The position numbers were made by a program, and so were the translations under genes. Positions 48,641 to 61,990 of a stretch of DNA of 64,000 nt are shown here, piece by piece. Below the pieces are notes generated by a model. It ran no database searches. It was not told where the DNA came from and saw nothing but the letters and a program-made list of their open reading frames with translations. The DNA comes from Ylistrum balloti (Eukaryota): contig NW_026782491.1 of the NCBI RefSeq assembly GCF_031769215.1, positions 334,882 through 398,881 of the forward strand, written 5' to 3'. Position 1 is the stretch's first letter. The number at the start of each line of letters is the position of its first letter.

Positions 48641-48800
48641 CTGCAGGTATATACACAGCATAGAAAAAATAGTGAATGGTTTAAAGTCTGCAGGTATATA
48701 TACAGCATAGAGAAATGGTCAATGGTTTAAAGTCTGCAGTTATATATACAGCATAGAGAAATGGTCAATGATTCAAAGTCCTTAAGCAGATACAGCATAG
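48641..48800. repeat. Tandem repeat of about 46 bp, 3-4 copies (tctgcaggtatatacacagcatagaaaaaatagtgaatggtttaaag), abutting the exon's acceptor
   Basis: Direct copies. Each carries its own ctgcag that mimics the acceptor. Confidence 0.75.
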
Positions 48801-49396
48801 AGCAACGATGAAGATATAGCATAGGACAATAGCTCGAAGACTACAGGCGTAAACAGCATCATGTATAACAGATGAATTTATATAGATCAGATAAGAAAAA
48901 ATCCAGTGATTCTTCCTACAGGTGGCTTCGAGTTCTATCCCAGAGGTAATCTTCAGTGATTTTTTATTTTGTCCACAATGTATTGTATAGGATTTTTTTG
49001 TCGAGAGGTTCTATTTTAAGTATTTGCGAGGAGGAAATAAAATTGGGAAAAAATGTCAAAGGTACTGATCAATTCATGCCTTCTGTGAACATTTGATTAG
49101 CTTCTTTCAGTTTTCTGAAATGGATTCCTTCTCTAAGTAGCTTTTTATACACATAAGGTACTAAGTAAATATAGTTGTAATGAAAAAAGTCATTGTTGCA
49201 CTTTGATGTTAAAGATTCAACTTGACCAATGTAAGAGATCCAGCCAGAACAAAATCCAACGTTCAAACACCATATATAATATCAAGATAGAAAATAAACC
49301 AAAATTTTAAAAAAAGAAAGAAAATAAGATATATTTAAAAACTGATTTTTCCCTTCTAATAGTACAGTGAATATGGTCAATAGGTTGGAAGCACCA

Positions 49397-49560
49397 CTAA
49401 GTATCGTAAAGAAAGCATGCACATTTCTTCGTCCGAATTTCAATAGAAGTCCTATCGTTAATGCAATGGAGTAACTCGACAACCGCTAGTAGAAGAAATA
49501 ACAGATAAAAGTTTCCTCCAAGGTTACTCATATGTATGGTCGTTCCAAAGAGTATCTGTG
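49397..49560 (-). CDS. SLC22-like transporter gene internal exon(s) (…RFSVSQILFGTTIHMSNLGGNFYLLFLLLAVVE / frame-shifted / SYSIALTIGLLLKFGRRNVHAFFTILSGASNLL…)
   Basis: Homology to SLC22 GN.[25 protein letters not shown] continues across a +1 frame change near 49470. The exact exon boundaries are not resolved. Confidence 0.45.
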
Positions 49561-50789
49561 AGACTGAAAACCTGTGAAAATAAAGATAAATTTTATTAGC
49601 TAAAATTATTTTGAAACAAACTACATAAGAAAATGCCCCCCTTCCGGCAGAGGCAAAGAATTTATGCTTTAATGTTTTAGCTTTATTGTCAGTTGGTATG
49701 ACATCGAATTCCCTTAGACATGTACCGTTTCTTGTCGTGTTCAATGTCCTTATCATAAAAAAACTATGAGTCATTACATCTACACATGATCCATCATTTT
49801 TCTGTACATTTTCATTGAAATTGATTCTCAACTTTAGGAAATGTCTAGACCAGATCCCTCTAAACAAAGGACTTATTTGGTTACCATGGAAACTAAGCGA
49901 CATCTAATGTTTTGGAAGGTAGTACCATTATGATAACCATTCATATAATTATATATTGATTTTAGCAAATTCGAAGAGTATTTCTATTTCACTCAAAACC
50001 TTCATAAAAGACTTCATTATTTTTCCGTTAAAATGGTTCTGGAAACACAAATTATAGCCCGTGAGAAGTAAACATAATTTGACAAAGTTTCATTGAAATG
50101 ATTCAATGACCGATGAGCTTTGTGCCATTACAAACAAAAAACCTGTGTATAGTGACCTGGTTACTTTGATGACAAGCTAAATCAAGTATTGTTTCATACA
50201 AAAATATATATACATGTGTGAAGGGTTTCGCTAATAGTCATAGTCATCTTCCCTACATGCTTGGAATGTGTCCTAACACCACTGGAGGTCCCAAAGTTGA
50301 TGAGAGTTGGTGTGTACTACGATATTACTCCGGGAACCCTTCATACAAGATAACACAAACCATGTGCCTGTTTACACATATAGATAGGGACCATGCATTT
50401 GAATATGACATTCAAGAGTCATTAAGTAATTCTATGACTACATCGCAATGCTAACACACAAATTCTAACAAATTAATGAATAAGATTAGAGATCATACGA
50501 AGAAAAAAATAATCAGAATAGAACATAAAAACGTATAACGAAAGTTTAGCAGTACACTAATCTATCATTAGTATCATTTTAACCTTCCCCGTAGTCGTTT
50601 TTTAGTGTACGGTTAATTTTAATACAATTCGTTTGTTTGGAATTTTAAAAAAATGTGTGCATTGATATTCAATTAAGAAGTATTTGGCAGTATATTTTAC
50701 GAGTTTGTGAAAATACTTTATCTTAACAGGCCTCTTAATTAAGTCCAACAACTTAAGATATGTCAGTTTATCGAGATCTATAGTAACGT

Positions 50790-50880
50790 TTCAGGTCCAT
50801 GCTGGAACTTTTCTACGTTTCTGGTCCCAGGTGGAACTTTTCTATGTTTTCGATCCCTGAGAGAACTTTTCTACGTTTCG
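50790..50880. repeat. Three minisatellite units (ggaacttttctacgtttctggtccc...) capping the second copy of the dispersed repeat
   Basis: Same unit family as 24640-25620. Confidence 0.7.
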
Positions 50881-52013
50881 GGTACCCTTGCTCTGATACA
50901 GAATTTTATCAATAATTACATATATTTATATCTAAATAAGTATTGAAGCAAACTTTTCTATATAGTGTAGAATATAAAAAATAAGTGTAAACATAAACAC
51001 AGATCTATACTTTTACATAATGTAAATTATTTGATGAGATCTTATTTCTGAACCTCATCAGTTGCTGGTATTACTGAAAGGACTTTGGACCTGTATCTGA
51101 TGAGGTGAAGACATTTAACCTCAACATATATTTACAAATATATAGCCTAGTGATTAATGATATACATATGTAATTTTCATGTTTTTGAGTATAAATTTAG
51201 ATTTAATCCAAGAAGTCCCTGAATCCAAGTGTTATCCTTAAAATAGTAACAAATTTAGGTAGGTAGGAGTTGCTTCCCTGGTATATAATTGCAGTATTAT
51301 TATCTAATGATTATGTTGTATGTTAATGTTTTTGTCTTGTACCAATGTGATGTTAACAATATTTGTGGGAGAGAACTTACATAGGCTCTGTCCGATGTCC
51401 AATTCCTTTGTCAGATATGTATTTATATGTCAATAAAAAATCTGTGAAATTGAAATCAACGTTTACATCATATGTTAATACATTGATGAAACCCTTTCCC
51501 CTAAAGATAGTAAAATTTCATGTTGCTCATGCGTCTGATGTCTGACTTAGGAATCCATTCCAAGGAGGAATTAAGTTTGTTTGATACATTACGTCTTTCA
51601 TGACATCCTGTAATGTTCCTTTTTGTCGGTCGGTAACTATAGAAGAGACAGAAAATTTCAGACTATTTGATTCTTGCTACTTGTTATTCGACAAAGAAAA
51701 AAAATTAGTTATTATCTTAAATTGAGCAGTTAATTTAGCAAACGGCAAAGAGCATATCAAGTGTTGATATAAGGTGGTCGCTGTGACAAAAATCGTTATG
51801 ACCTTCAATATTCTATGAAAAACAAACACGAATATTCTACAAAGATTAAATTATTCAAAATGTAATACACTTTATTAGAAAATAGATAAGGAAGTATTGC
51901 TCTATCGTGCATTATGAATAAAGTACTGACGATAACAAGGAATATATGTGTTCCTTTTATGATATGAGGAAAAGAATTATTCATTTTATAGAGCCTCAAT
52001 CGAGATTCATGAA
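50881..52013 (+). repeat. Dispersed repeat copy 2 (about 1.13 kb)
   Basis: Collinear with 25621-26744, including the cctcatcag...ctgatgagg hairpin at about 51055-51110. Confidence 0.75.
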
Positions 52014-55000
52014 TACGTTCTATTCACTAGGAGATAGATTAAACTTTTTACAATATCATTGATATTTCTTATTGAAAGAGCAATACGGAAAAAAATCGGA
52101 AGAAAGGGGTCTGCATATGTTTTATTGCTGAAGATTTAAACGCCGATTATTTTTAAACATGTGTGTATGATCCACCTGGTAAAGTTTCTATCATTCGTAG
52201 GATAGAGAATCATAATCCCTATAAAACACTCCTCAGTGAAGTTAATAGCATACCGGTACGTTTATGGAGACACAAACACGAATAGCTACCAAAGGGAGAC
52301 ACTCTGTGGCATTGGTTTTAATAATGAATGAACAAATGTATGTGTAGTGCTCAAAATTTACAAATTTCTTCCAGACTATTGACTTATATATCCTGTCATG
52401 ACTGACGGGTTAAGATTATCGTACGAGGCTAGATTGACAGAAGCGCTTATCAAAACAGGACAAAAGACTTCTCTTAGTCATTCAATTCCACTTTCAGATG
52501 TATCGATGCACTGTCTTTCAATAAAAGAACTTTATTGACCAAGTCTATCGTATAGTATCTAATGTTCGCAGGCTTCTCATCAAACTCAATGATAAGCGTT
52601 GGATTCGATTTTCTTATTTAGGATTTTCCTAAATAAAACTTTATATGTATCGCCAGTTGACAGACAAAATCACACCAGTATTCGAGAGAAGTAGGTTGAT
52701 GAAGACTCGGAAAACCCTATGATTGTCACAATTGTCTCATTTGGAAAACATTTCCCAGTGAATTTGGATGTTTTCGATGCCTGTTAGTGGTTCCGTTGTT
52801 GTTAAACTTGTTTTCAATTTAGAGCGTGAAAATGTAATTACATGACGGATGTTGTGGATGAAGCAGAAACCCCTGGTCTTATACTTTTTAGTGCCCCCAT
52901 GTGAATATTTGTCGTTAGTCCACATGGGTAATACAATCACAATCACATAGCTTTATAATATTAAAACTAGCCTATGAACGTGTTGTATAGAAACTCGTTG
53001 TTACTTTTAGGTAAAAGAATGGAATATCAATGTCAATGACCGAAAACTTCTAAATTTATTCCTGCTGAATTAGAAAAAAATGAAATGTTGTAACACTTAG
53101 CATAACACAAGTTCACCATTGTTCTATCGCCCTTTGAAGCAGTCCTTACTGAACCCTCTGCCTCGCCATTGTAAGCTCATGTTTCACACGTTTTTGCATC
53201 CTGATTAAAGATTTTCTTCTGTCTTTAAACCAATGTCTCTGAACACTCCTTCTCTATCCTTTGAGATACTGGTGATTTTTAAGCTGTCGATTTGTTTTCG
53301 GATTTATTTGATTCAGTATATTGATTTCACTGACATGTGTTGACATCATATCGTGTATTAATCCTGTGCTTTTTGATGGAGTGTTTGTACTACTGCTTTG
53401 AACAGTTTTCTATACAGCCAGATTTTTAAAAAGTTACGTATCACCTGTGAACATTTAAGATGTGCTTGTATACACATAAGCTGTAAAGCACAATGTACTT
53501 TAAGACTAGTTTGAAATTTATCAATGAATTACATGTTTTACTTCAACACCCTTTATTAACATTCCACATTGCCTTCATTCTATATTCATTTCAAACACGC
53601 TTACGTTCAACATTTTACGGAAGTCAGTAAGGGTCAAGGGGGAAATAATCAGTTGTTATAACGACATATCTTAATCATTATTGCGAGATATTAAGTCCTT
53701 AAAACAATATGATTTTTCTACTCGATGATCCTTGCCGGCTTCCGTACGTAACATTACTCGCTGTACATATGATATGACAAAAAGCAATATAAAGATGCCA
53801 GTTTTTTAAGGGTTGTGTTAAAGTCAGGACAATACTCGTGATTGACAAGGATACCTTGCCAAACTCAATCGTCGTCTATTCTCCTACTAATTGACATTTT
53901 TAAACAATATGATATCCAAAGACGGTAACCAATTTTCCATTTATGTTTAACATTTATCGATTCTTTCAGTCATTTTGTTGTTAATTTTCAGCTTGTAAAT
54001 CACTAGTTCTTTTGGAATTTCCTTTGTTTTCATTTGCTTTGTTTTGATGGATTTTTTTCAGCGAGTTTTCAATAATTTTTTCTTAGCAAAATGTATGAAA
54101 AATCAATGATATTATGTAATGTACATCATTCATTCTGTTAATGTCTGACAAACAACTCCATACTAATGATTCGTCCATTCACTATACTGTTAAAAACAAA
54201 ATCTAGACACATTATAATACTAGCAACTTATATACAAAAATACGACCACATGTATCTGTTGATTGACGGCGGTACTAGGAGTGCACGTAATACGACATCA
54301 GGTCACGCCAGTAATGGGTTTGTATATACTACTTGAGGATTTCATTCTATCTTCACTTTACGATATAACGATGTTTTATTTCCAGATGACAATTAGATAT
54401 ATCAGTTACATTATGATTCTAAACGATGAACAGCTGTGTTGTTATCCTTTTTTGCCTTTTGCGAGTTATAGAGAGAGACATGATATATAATGCTTAACCA
54501 CAACAGGATGTAGTATTAAGCATTAGTAAAGTGCGGAACAATGGGAAGATGCATTTCTTGTGTAATGTCAATACAATGGATGCAATCTTTCAGCGTCAAA
54601 ACACAGGATATATTTCTGTTCACTTCAACCATGCGTGATAGATTTTATGCATGACATGTGTTTCAGGAATGTTGTGATGTCTGATATAAGAAAATAACAA
54701 GATGTGTTTATAAAGCACTATACCCACGGTTGCAACTCAAAATTCTGAAGTGGGATATAAAAACTGCACTGTGAAATGCATGTTCTGATTGCATATACAC
54801 TTTGTGAAACACTTATGTCTTTATTGTGATCTGAACTCACACTTATGCACAAAATGTGCATGTATACTTAGATAATGAACAAAACTTCAAATCGTTCAAT
54901 GTGTGCATCCGTTGTATAGATAATGAACGAAAACTGTGAATTATTAGGAATTTTCTGAGTTCAAGGCACGTTCCTCTTATAGTGCAATAGTTATGGACAA

Positions 55001-58000
55001 GGTTCAAGGTTAAAACAGACAAAGAAGTATACAAACAGATAGCATAAAAATAATATACCCCCGACCTTTCGATCCGAAGGCATAAAAACATAGTGACTAA
55101 TCTGTGCGCTGCATTGGTATTCTATCTGCATATTGAAGTTTTTCAGCAATTTAGGTATGCCGCAACATTTGCCTGCATGCCTGCTGATCAAATAAGATTA
55201 GAAAACATGGTACAACTTGTCACACTTTGAGTGATAAACATAAACAATGAATAATAATGAACACAAAGTAATGTGATTACACAAACACACTGCCATGTAT
55301 ACATACCCGCATTCACTTTCCTCACAACAACAGAGAGCAGGGATCATAAATCAGTAGATACCAGTGGTACAGAGCGTGCCGTTATCGTTATCTGTAGGCA
55401 AGTCACTATTTTGTGTTATAAATATGTCTTACTTGTTAATCAGCGGGTGATAATTTAAATTGCTACGATTTGCATGAATAAATGCTTAATATAAAATCAT
55501 AGATCACACATATGTTTAGTAAATAAGATACTCATTTATTTTTCTTTCACTTAAAATGATTAAACTGATTAAAATAAAAGGATAGAAGACCCAAAATAGT
55601 TTGCAGAAAAGTGATTTTGTCTACAAATAAAAACTTTTTAGTTTAGACAGTGGATTAAATCGACTTCTTTGAAATTATACATTAGAGCTTACTACTTTTG
55701 AAAGACGTGTATTAAGAATACATTGTTATGTTATATCAGAAACATATGTAATGTAACTTGATGGTAATGTGTGTGGATTGTAGTACAAAATACTATATTT
55801 AACCTGTTCATTGTAGATACTAAGTATAATATAGGGACACTACTCAATATCAAATCTAGGTGAACGTTGTGGATTGTTGATTGTTTAAGTGTTTTGGATA
55901 TAGAATGGAGTATGATACATTGTTATGCAATATATTCGTATAATTGTTTGAACTTCCAATTTCTTACATATCAAAATGCGTTCGCTAAATATCATCTGTC
56001 TAGTGTCAATCTTACTGATAATATTGATATATTGATTTGTGTATATATATCATGGAGTAAAACCTTGTTGGTAATTCGGTCTGCTGTGCTGTCTGACAGA
56101 TAGAAGCAATACTGTAGCAAGGTGGTAGTGTTAAGGTAGGATTATATATCGATATAAATTTGTCATTTCAATATTTATAACATTATTATAATTATCGAAA
56201 CCTAGGAGGACTAAACAACTGTATGATGCAATTAAGTTCATTGTTTGGCTTTAATATATTTTATCCAAATTTGTATCAAAACTGCACAGTAATGAAGAAG
56301 AAAAACTGTAAAATTAAGGTAATCTATAAACAACTACAACTAAACCCAGGTAGATAGATTAACTGGCAAAGATTTCCGAGTTAAATTTGCAATTATCTAT
56401 CGATAACTAAACAAGACAGGAATTTGAGAATTTTTACATGACCGGTCACTTCAGTTCAATTGTAGTCACATTGGCATCCACCGATAACCACAGCAAAACG
56501 GTACATTTATAGTCAACTTAACACATGTACAGTGTGGCATATTTGCTTGAAAAAATGATATATACTACATCAAACCTTGATATACATCGTGGACAATATG
56601 TGAGGAGTGGCAGGGCAATATACTTAATTAAGCGTTAGTGTACAACTGGAGAAGGAAGACACGATGTTCTGCTAAGCCAATGTGTATATTGTAGATTACA
56701 AGTATAGAGAGGGAAGGCAACAAGCTACTTACATATTCAGTTGTATAGACTGTTTTTAATATAGATATACATTGTGGAAACGGTGTATTGAGAGGAAAGG
56801 CAACAAAGTACAGCAATACTAAGCGTAGATTGTGTTAATGGCACTACCTGTAACTCAGAACTACATTGTGAATAACCTATATTGAATATAAAAGTAAATT
56901 ATACATTAGGTATATGACAAAAGAGATCACATTGTTATTGGGGAAGATAATACATAGTGTTGATCCGGTCTCTTTAGATGGAAGACGAAACATAACATTT
57001 CAATAAGATCAATTTGATGATTAAGTGTAGATGGAAAACAGGATGATACCAGCATTATAATTTTAGATAGTAAGGGCACATTGAAGTGTGGTGTGTTATA
57101 TTAGGAAAATATAATTAATCGGTATTTCCGTTTATCAATTAATATGATCAGAACCTGTGCCTATCAGATATAAAATACAATACAATGGTCAATTGTAAGC
57201 CTAGATAGGGTATACGTACTAAGACACGAACTGGTCACAAAACAATTGCCTTTGTTATCTATATGGCCCAATTAAATGCGGAATGATTATACATTGAACA
57301 TAGATCATAACGAATATTTAACGTAATGGCAATGCATGTAATCTACAGAGTCAACCAAGCATGTTGCAATATCATAATGGATAAAATGCGGGCAAACTAT
57401 GAACAAAGCCAGCATATCAGTTTATAGTAGAAAACTGTTTAAACGCTTTCTAAATCGGCCTTCTGTACCTCCATTGTCCCCCAGTCTACTTGGACGTTAA
57501 ACAGAGAAAAAATAAACCATGGCCTGACTTCAGTGGTGCATTAATACGTAGGGCTGTACGTTCAGGTTTTAGAACCAGACTAACGTCCACCGCTCAAACA
57601 CTCACGTCAAAACGGTGTATTGGGAACTTATACCTCAATCTTCAAGGTAAGCACTATGTAATGTTATCCCGTTATCTGTTATCAGAACATCTTTTATACG
57701 ATAATAGTATAAGTGGTAGGTGCTATTATTCTATGTAAATGCGGGAGTGGTTGGGTTTCTTTTTTTTTCTACACTTCTGTTCTTTGTTGTAGTATAGCAA
57801 AGGGGAAATATGTAGAAATGTTTCAAACAATTTTCTAAATAGAAAATTTAATTTCATTGATATAGCATACCATTTTGCGATCCTGTGATCGATGTTAAAT
57901 ATACATTTATATAACATTAGTCTCATATTATCTTGTATTATTGTATTATGTGCATTTTCTACTCGTTATTACTTATTTTTAAACAGAAAAATAATTTTAA

Positions 58001-59107
58001 CGATATATATTTTTTAACGAAATAGCTTCTGAAAACGATTGTCTACTTAAAAATAAACATTCTAGAATACGGTATTATATTTCAAAAAGATGAGACGAAG
58101 TCAAGGATGCCGATTACGGGTTTGTAGTAAACTTTACAGGACCTAAAATTTAACTTACAAATAGTTAGCAGCTTCATGTTTCTATAAAAAGGCATAACGC
58201 TTTGTGTAAATAAGGTTCGAGAGTACGCGGGAAAACATACAAAGTCATAACTGGTTTTGTCGTATCCTTTTTTTCCCGCGGGTTCAACGCTCAGGTCACA
58301 GCTAGATAGGCACACCGCATGTCAATATGCTGGTCAATGAGATTTACAGGATGCCTTATGTGTCATGATATCATTACAAAATTCGAGTTTTTTTCATATA
58401 TATATTAAAAGTATTGGTAACAGGTATGCTCAGTAGAGCTATTATTACGACTATAACGCCAGTACTAGAATTAAACGCAACAAAATATCGTATTGAAATT
58501 ATGCATCACTGAATGGCAGTAAAATAGCACAATTAAAAAAATCGTGCAAACATAACGCTCATGCTGATTATATATTTTATATTAAGAGACACGTGTCTAA
58601 TGCACATAAATGCCAGTATGACAGAAAAAAAGAAAGACAAATTAACAGGATGCATGCTGATATAGCATAATCTTATACAACAATGTTATTTCTATGATAG
58701 AGTATTTTAGAAATGGCAATATAAAAGTTTTACTAGCACAAAGAATAAACAAATAAAATAGACCGAAAAACAGCGGGAAAAACTAGAAATTGTTGGTCAA
58801 CAATTTCACAGGCTTTTCATCCATACACAAGATCTTACATAAAGGTCAATCGTTTCCATAAACATCATAGCTAATCGATCAAGCAATTTCTATATTATAT
58901 ATCTAGATTGACAGCTTCATATTATTTGTTTGTGTTACCAGAAAGAGAACTTTGTACATGTGACCTCCTTCCTACAACCGGAAGTTGATATTTGACACAA
59001 TATTTTCTTACTACTATCAATAGCTATCGAGCGCAATATGTAAATAACCAAACATCATCACCTTATACCTCTTAGCTACTATAAAGAAGCAAATTAAAGA
59101 TTTTTAG

Positions 59108-60130
59108 ATAATGACCCCTGTGACCTTAAGAGTGGGTCAATATCATTCATACTATCAAAGCTGATAACTAATAAGTGGGACATCTTACATGCAAAATATC
59201 AGGACTGTAGACCTTGTGGAACTTTAGAGGAAGTTTTTTTTAAAGTTTGTTACCCATAATAGGATTTTCCAGACCAGGTTTTATTTATATATTCAATAGC
59301 AATTGATGACAGTATGATACTGACACAATTTTATCATTATGTGCCTCCGAGTTATTAAGGAAATACCGTTAAAATATTTGACCTTATTGGATACTGTAAC
59401 CTTGAAAGTCGATCAAGGTCATTTATATCATTGAACTTGATAAGCAATGACCACAGCCTCCTTAGTGTGAAATATCAAGGATCTAGACCTTCTGAAATTC
59501 GAGAAGTATTTGTTACACATAATATCGATTTTTAACTTTGACACCTATCGAAAACCAAAAATTGAATTTTCAGATACGATTTTATAAATACATTCAATAG
59601 CAGTTGATAACAGTAACCTACAAAATTTCATCATCGTGTCTCTGGGTTTTTGAGAAAATGCTATTGAAAGATTTTGAAATAATTGTATCCTGTAACCTTG
59701 AAAATAGGTCATGGTCATTAACATTAACACACTTGATAGCTAATGGCCAGATATTACAATGTATGAAACGTGATGCCATAGACCTTGTGGATCTTGAGAA
59801 GAATTTTTCAAACTTTGTAACCCAAAAAGAGTAATTTTCAACTTTGACCACTTTTTTAGACAAGGTTCTTATATAACATTCAATAACAATTGATCAAAGT
59901 ACGCTCGAGACAAATTCCATTACCATGTTCCTCTATTATATTGAGAAAATGCTATTCAAAGATTTTGACAAAATTGACATCTGTGACCTAAAAATTGGTG
60001 ATTTATATGATTAAACTTGAAAGGCAATATCCAGAGCATTTCATTTGCAAAATATCTTGCCTGTTGGTCTTGTATAATTTGGAGTTTTTAAAAGTCTGTT
60101 CCAGAAAATTTCAAATGTAAACTTTGACCC
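59108..60130. repeat. Degenerate satellite-like array of units about 300 bp long, 3-4 copies
   Basis: Recurring blocks: tgtaaccttgaaa.t.g.tca.ggtcatt.a.at.a...cttgata.c.aatg.cca...caa.atatcaagga..tagaccttgtgga..t.gag.ag.ttttt, then ...ttcaatagcaattgat.acagta.... Confidence 0.55.
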
Positions 60131-60281
60131 CTACCGTTCACCGGCAGTTAACATTTTATTTTTAAAAAAGTGTTTCTTGAGAAACATTATCTACAGATAT
60201 TTTAACACGTTTACAGCCATACGTTTTAGGCATCTAACATGAAGGAAAAAACAATCTTTTTTCTTTTTAAAAGAATTGAGG

Positions 60282-60540
60282 AGTAGTAAAATCATTCTCT
60301 ATAAATCTGGTTGCCCTTTGCTATAAATCTGGTTGCCCTTCTCTATAAATCTGGTTGTCCTTTCATATATCTTCTCTAGTTTTCCAGTATCGTATAATAC
60401 AGCACCCTACTAAAGAGCTGTCGTATGTAGAGGAGTAGTTAAATCATTCTCTATAAATCTGGTTGTCCTTTCATATATCTTCGCTAGTTTTCCAGTATCG
60501 TATAATACAGCACCCTACTAGAGGGCTTTAGTATGTATTT
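60282..60540. repeat. 21-bp tandem triplet (ctataaatctggttgccctt) plus a 110-bp direct duplication
   Basis: Direct copies visible at 60290-60360, and 60340-60420 against 60445-60535. Confidence 0.7.
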
Positions 60541-61699
60541 AGAATTAGTGATTTTGTAGGTAACAGTCAGTTCGAAGGTTTTTTGCATGTGCTTTATATG
60601 TGTAAACAAAATTCAAATCAGAGTCGATGTCAACATCCAGAATTTTAATAGAACTTAAATTTCGTGAGTGGCAATGTTGAAGGAATAATTAGTTTTGTTT
60701 TCATGCAGAAACAGGTAGCCAATATATTATCGGGCTTCCGTTACAACTGATCCAATTTCCTGTGCTCTGACTCTCTTTTCCTGCTGTTGTTGACAGGCAT
60801 ACATGGTCATTACTGGTGAATGAGAGTGTACAGTCATTTGCATAATGGTACAGGTTATAAGTTTAATATAAATATCATAAGTTAAAATGTTAAAAATCAG
60901 TGGGACACCGATTGACCCGTGGTGTACCCCACTTTGTCAACAGATCCCAGTTCGCTTGAGCATGTCGCTAAATTCGCAGTGAAGTAGCCTGTATCAGAAA
61001 TCTGATCACCTATCATGTATCACGTGTTTTCACACCGTTTAAATTTTCGTGACTTAAGAAATTGTATGATGATTATAATGATGCATTAACAGATTGAATA
61101 ATACGGCTTCATTGTGTGTGGCCCAAGTTATCCACATTGATATTTCAAACTTTTTTCCGGCATGAACTGAGTTTTAGGATGTTGTATTGCGGAACGCACA
61201 AAATGTATCCCTTTCATCGACGGTAAAAGCAGCTGTTGCCTTTATCTAAATTTAAGTTACTTACACCATTCGACAAAAACATACAGAAAGTGCCAAAGAC
61301 ATTTTCACTTTATGGATATATTAGTAAAATGGGTTTTTTTATCACTCGAAATGAATTGATGTAGGTATTTGAATTGAATTATTAACATAAGCGTGTTTTA
61401 TACCATTTTGTCAAGACCTGTCCCATTATGTCATATGTCGATCTGATGTCCAATGCAACAACTGAATATTAAGTCATTACTAGTCCACGTGGAGACCTTA
61501 TCAGTTGCTTGGTTAAATGCAGTACACATGGCAGAATATGACCTACATGTAGTGCAATTGATAGTTATACACTTCAAACAACACCAGCATACAACAGCCT
61601 ACCTACTTATCTACAGCTGACAGTTACTTCTAGCACTAGCTGAAGGCCATCCTCGCGATACATTGATGAAAACGTAGAAACTATAACACTATAGAAAAT

Positions 61700-61990
61700 A
61701 CCATACTATAGAAAGTGCGATACAAAAGGCAGAACTTTACTTTAGAAATATTCGATAATATACATAATGCAATACTATAGAAAGTACGATACAAAAGGCA
61801 GAACTTTACTATAGAAATATTCGATAATATACATAGTGCAATACTATAGAAAGTACGATACAAAAGGCAGAACTTTACTATAGAAATATTCGATAATATA
61901 CATAGTGAAATACTATATAAAGTACTTAACTATAGAAACTATGATACTCCAGAAAGTACAATAGAATAGATAGTACGATACTATAGGATA
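61700..61990. repeat. Tandem repeat of about 69 bp, about 3.5 copies (actatagaaagtacgatacaaaaggcagaactttactatagaaatattcgataatatacatagtgcaat)
   Basis: Three near-identical units plus a degenerate fourth. Confidence 0.8.
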
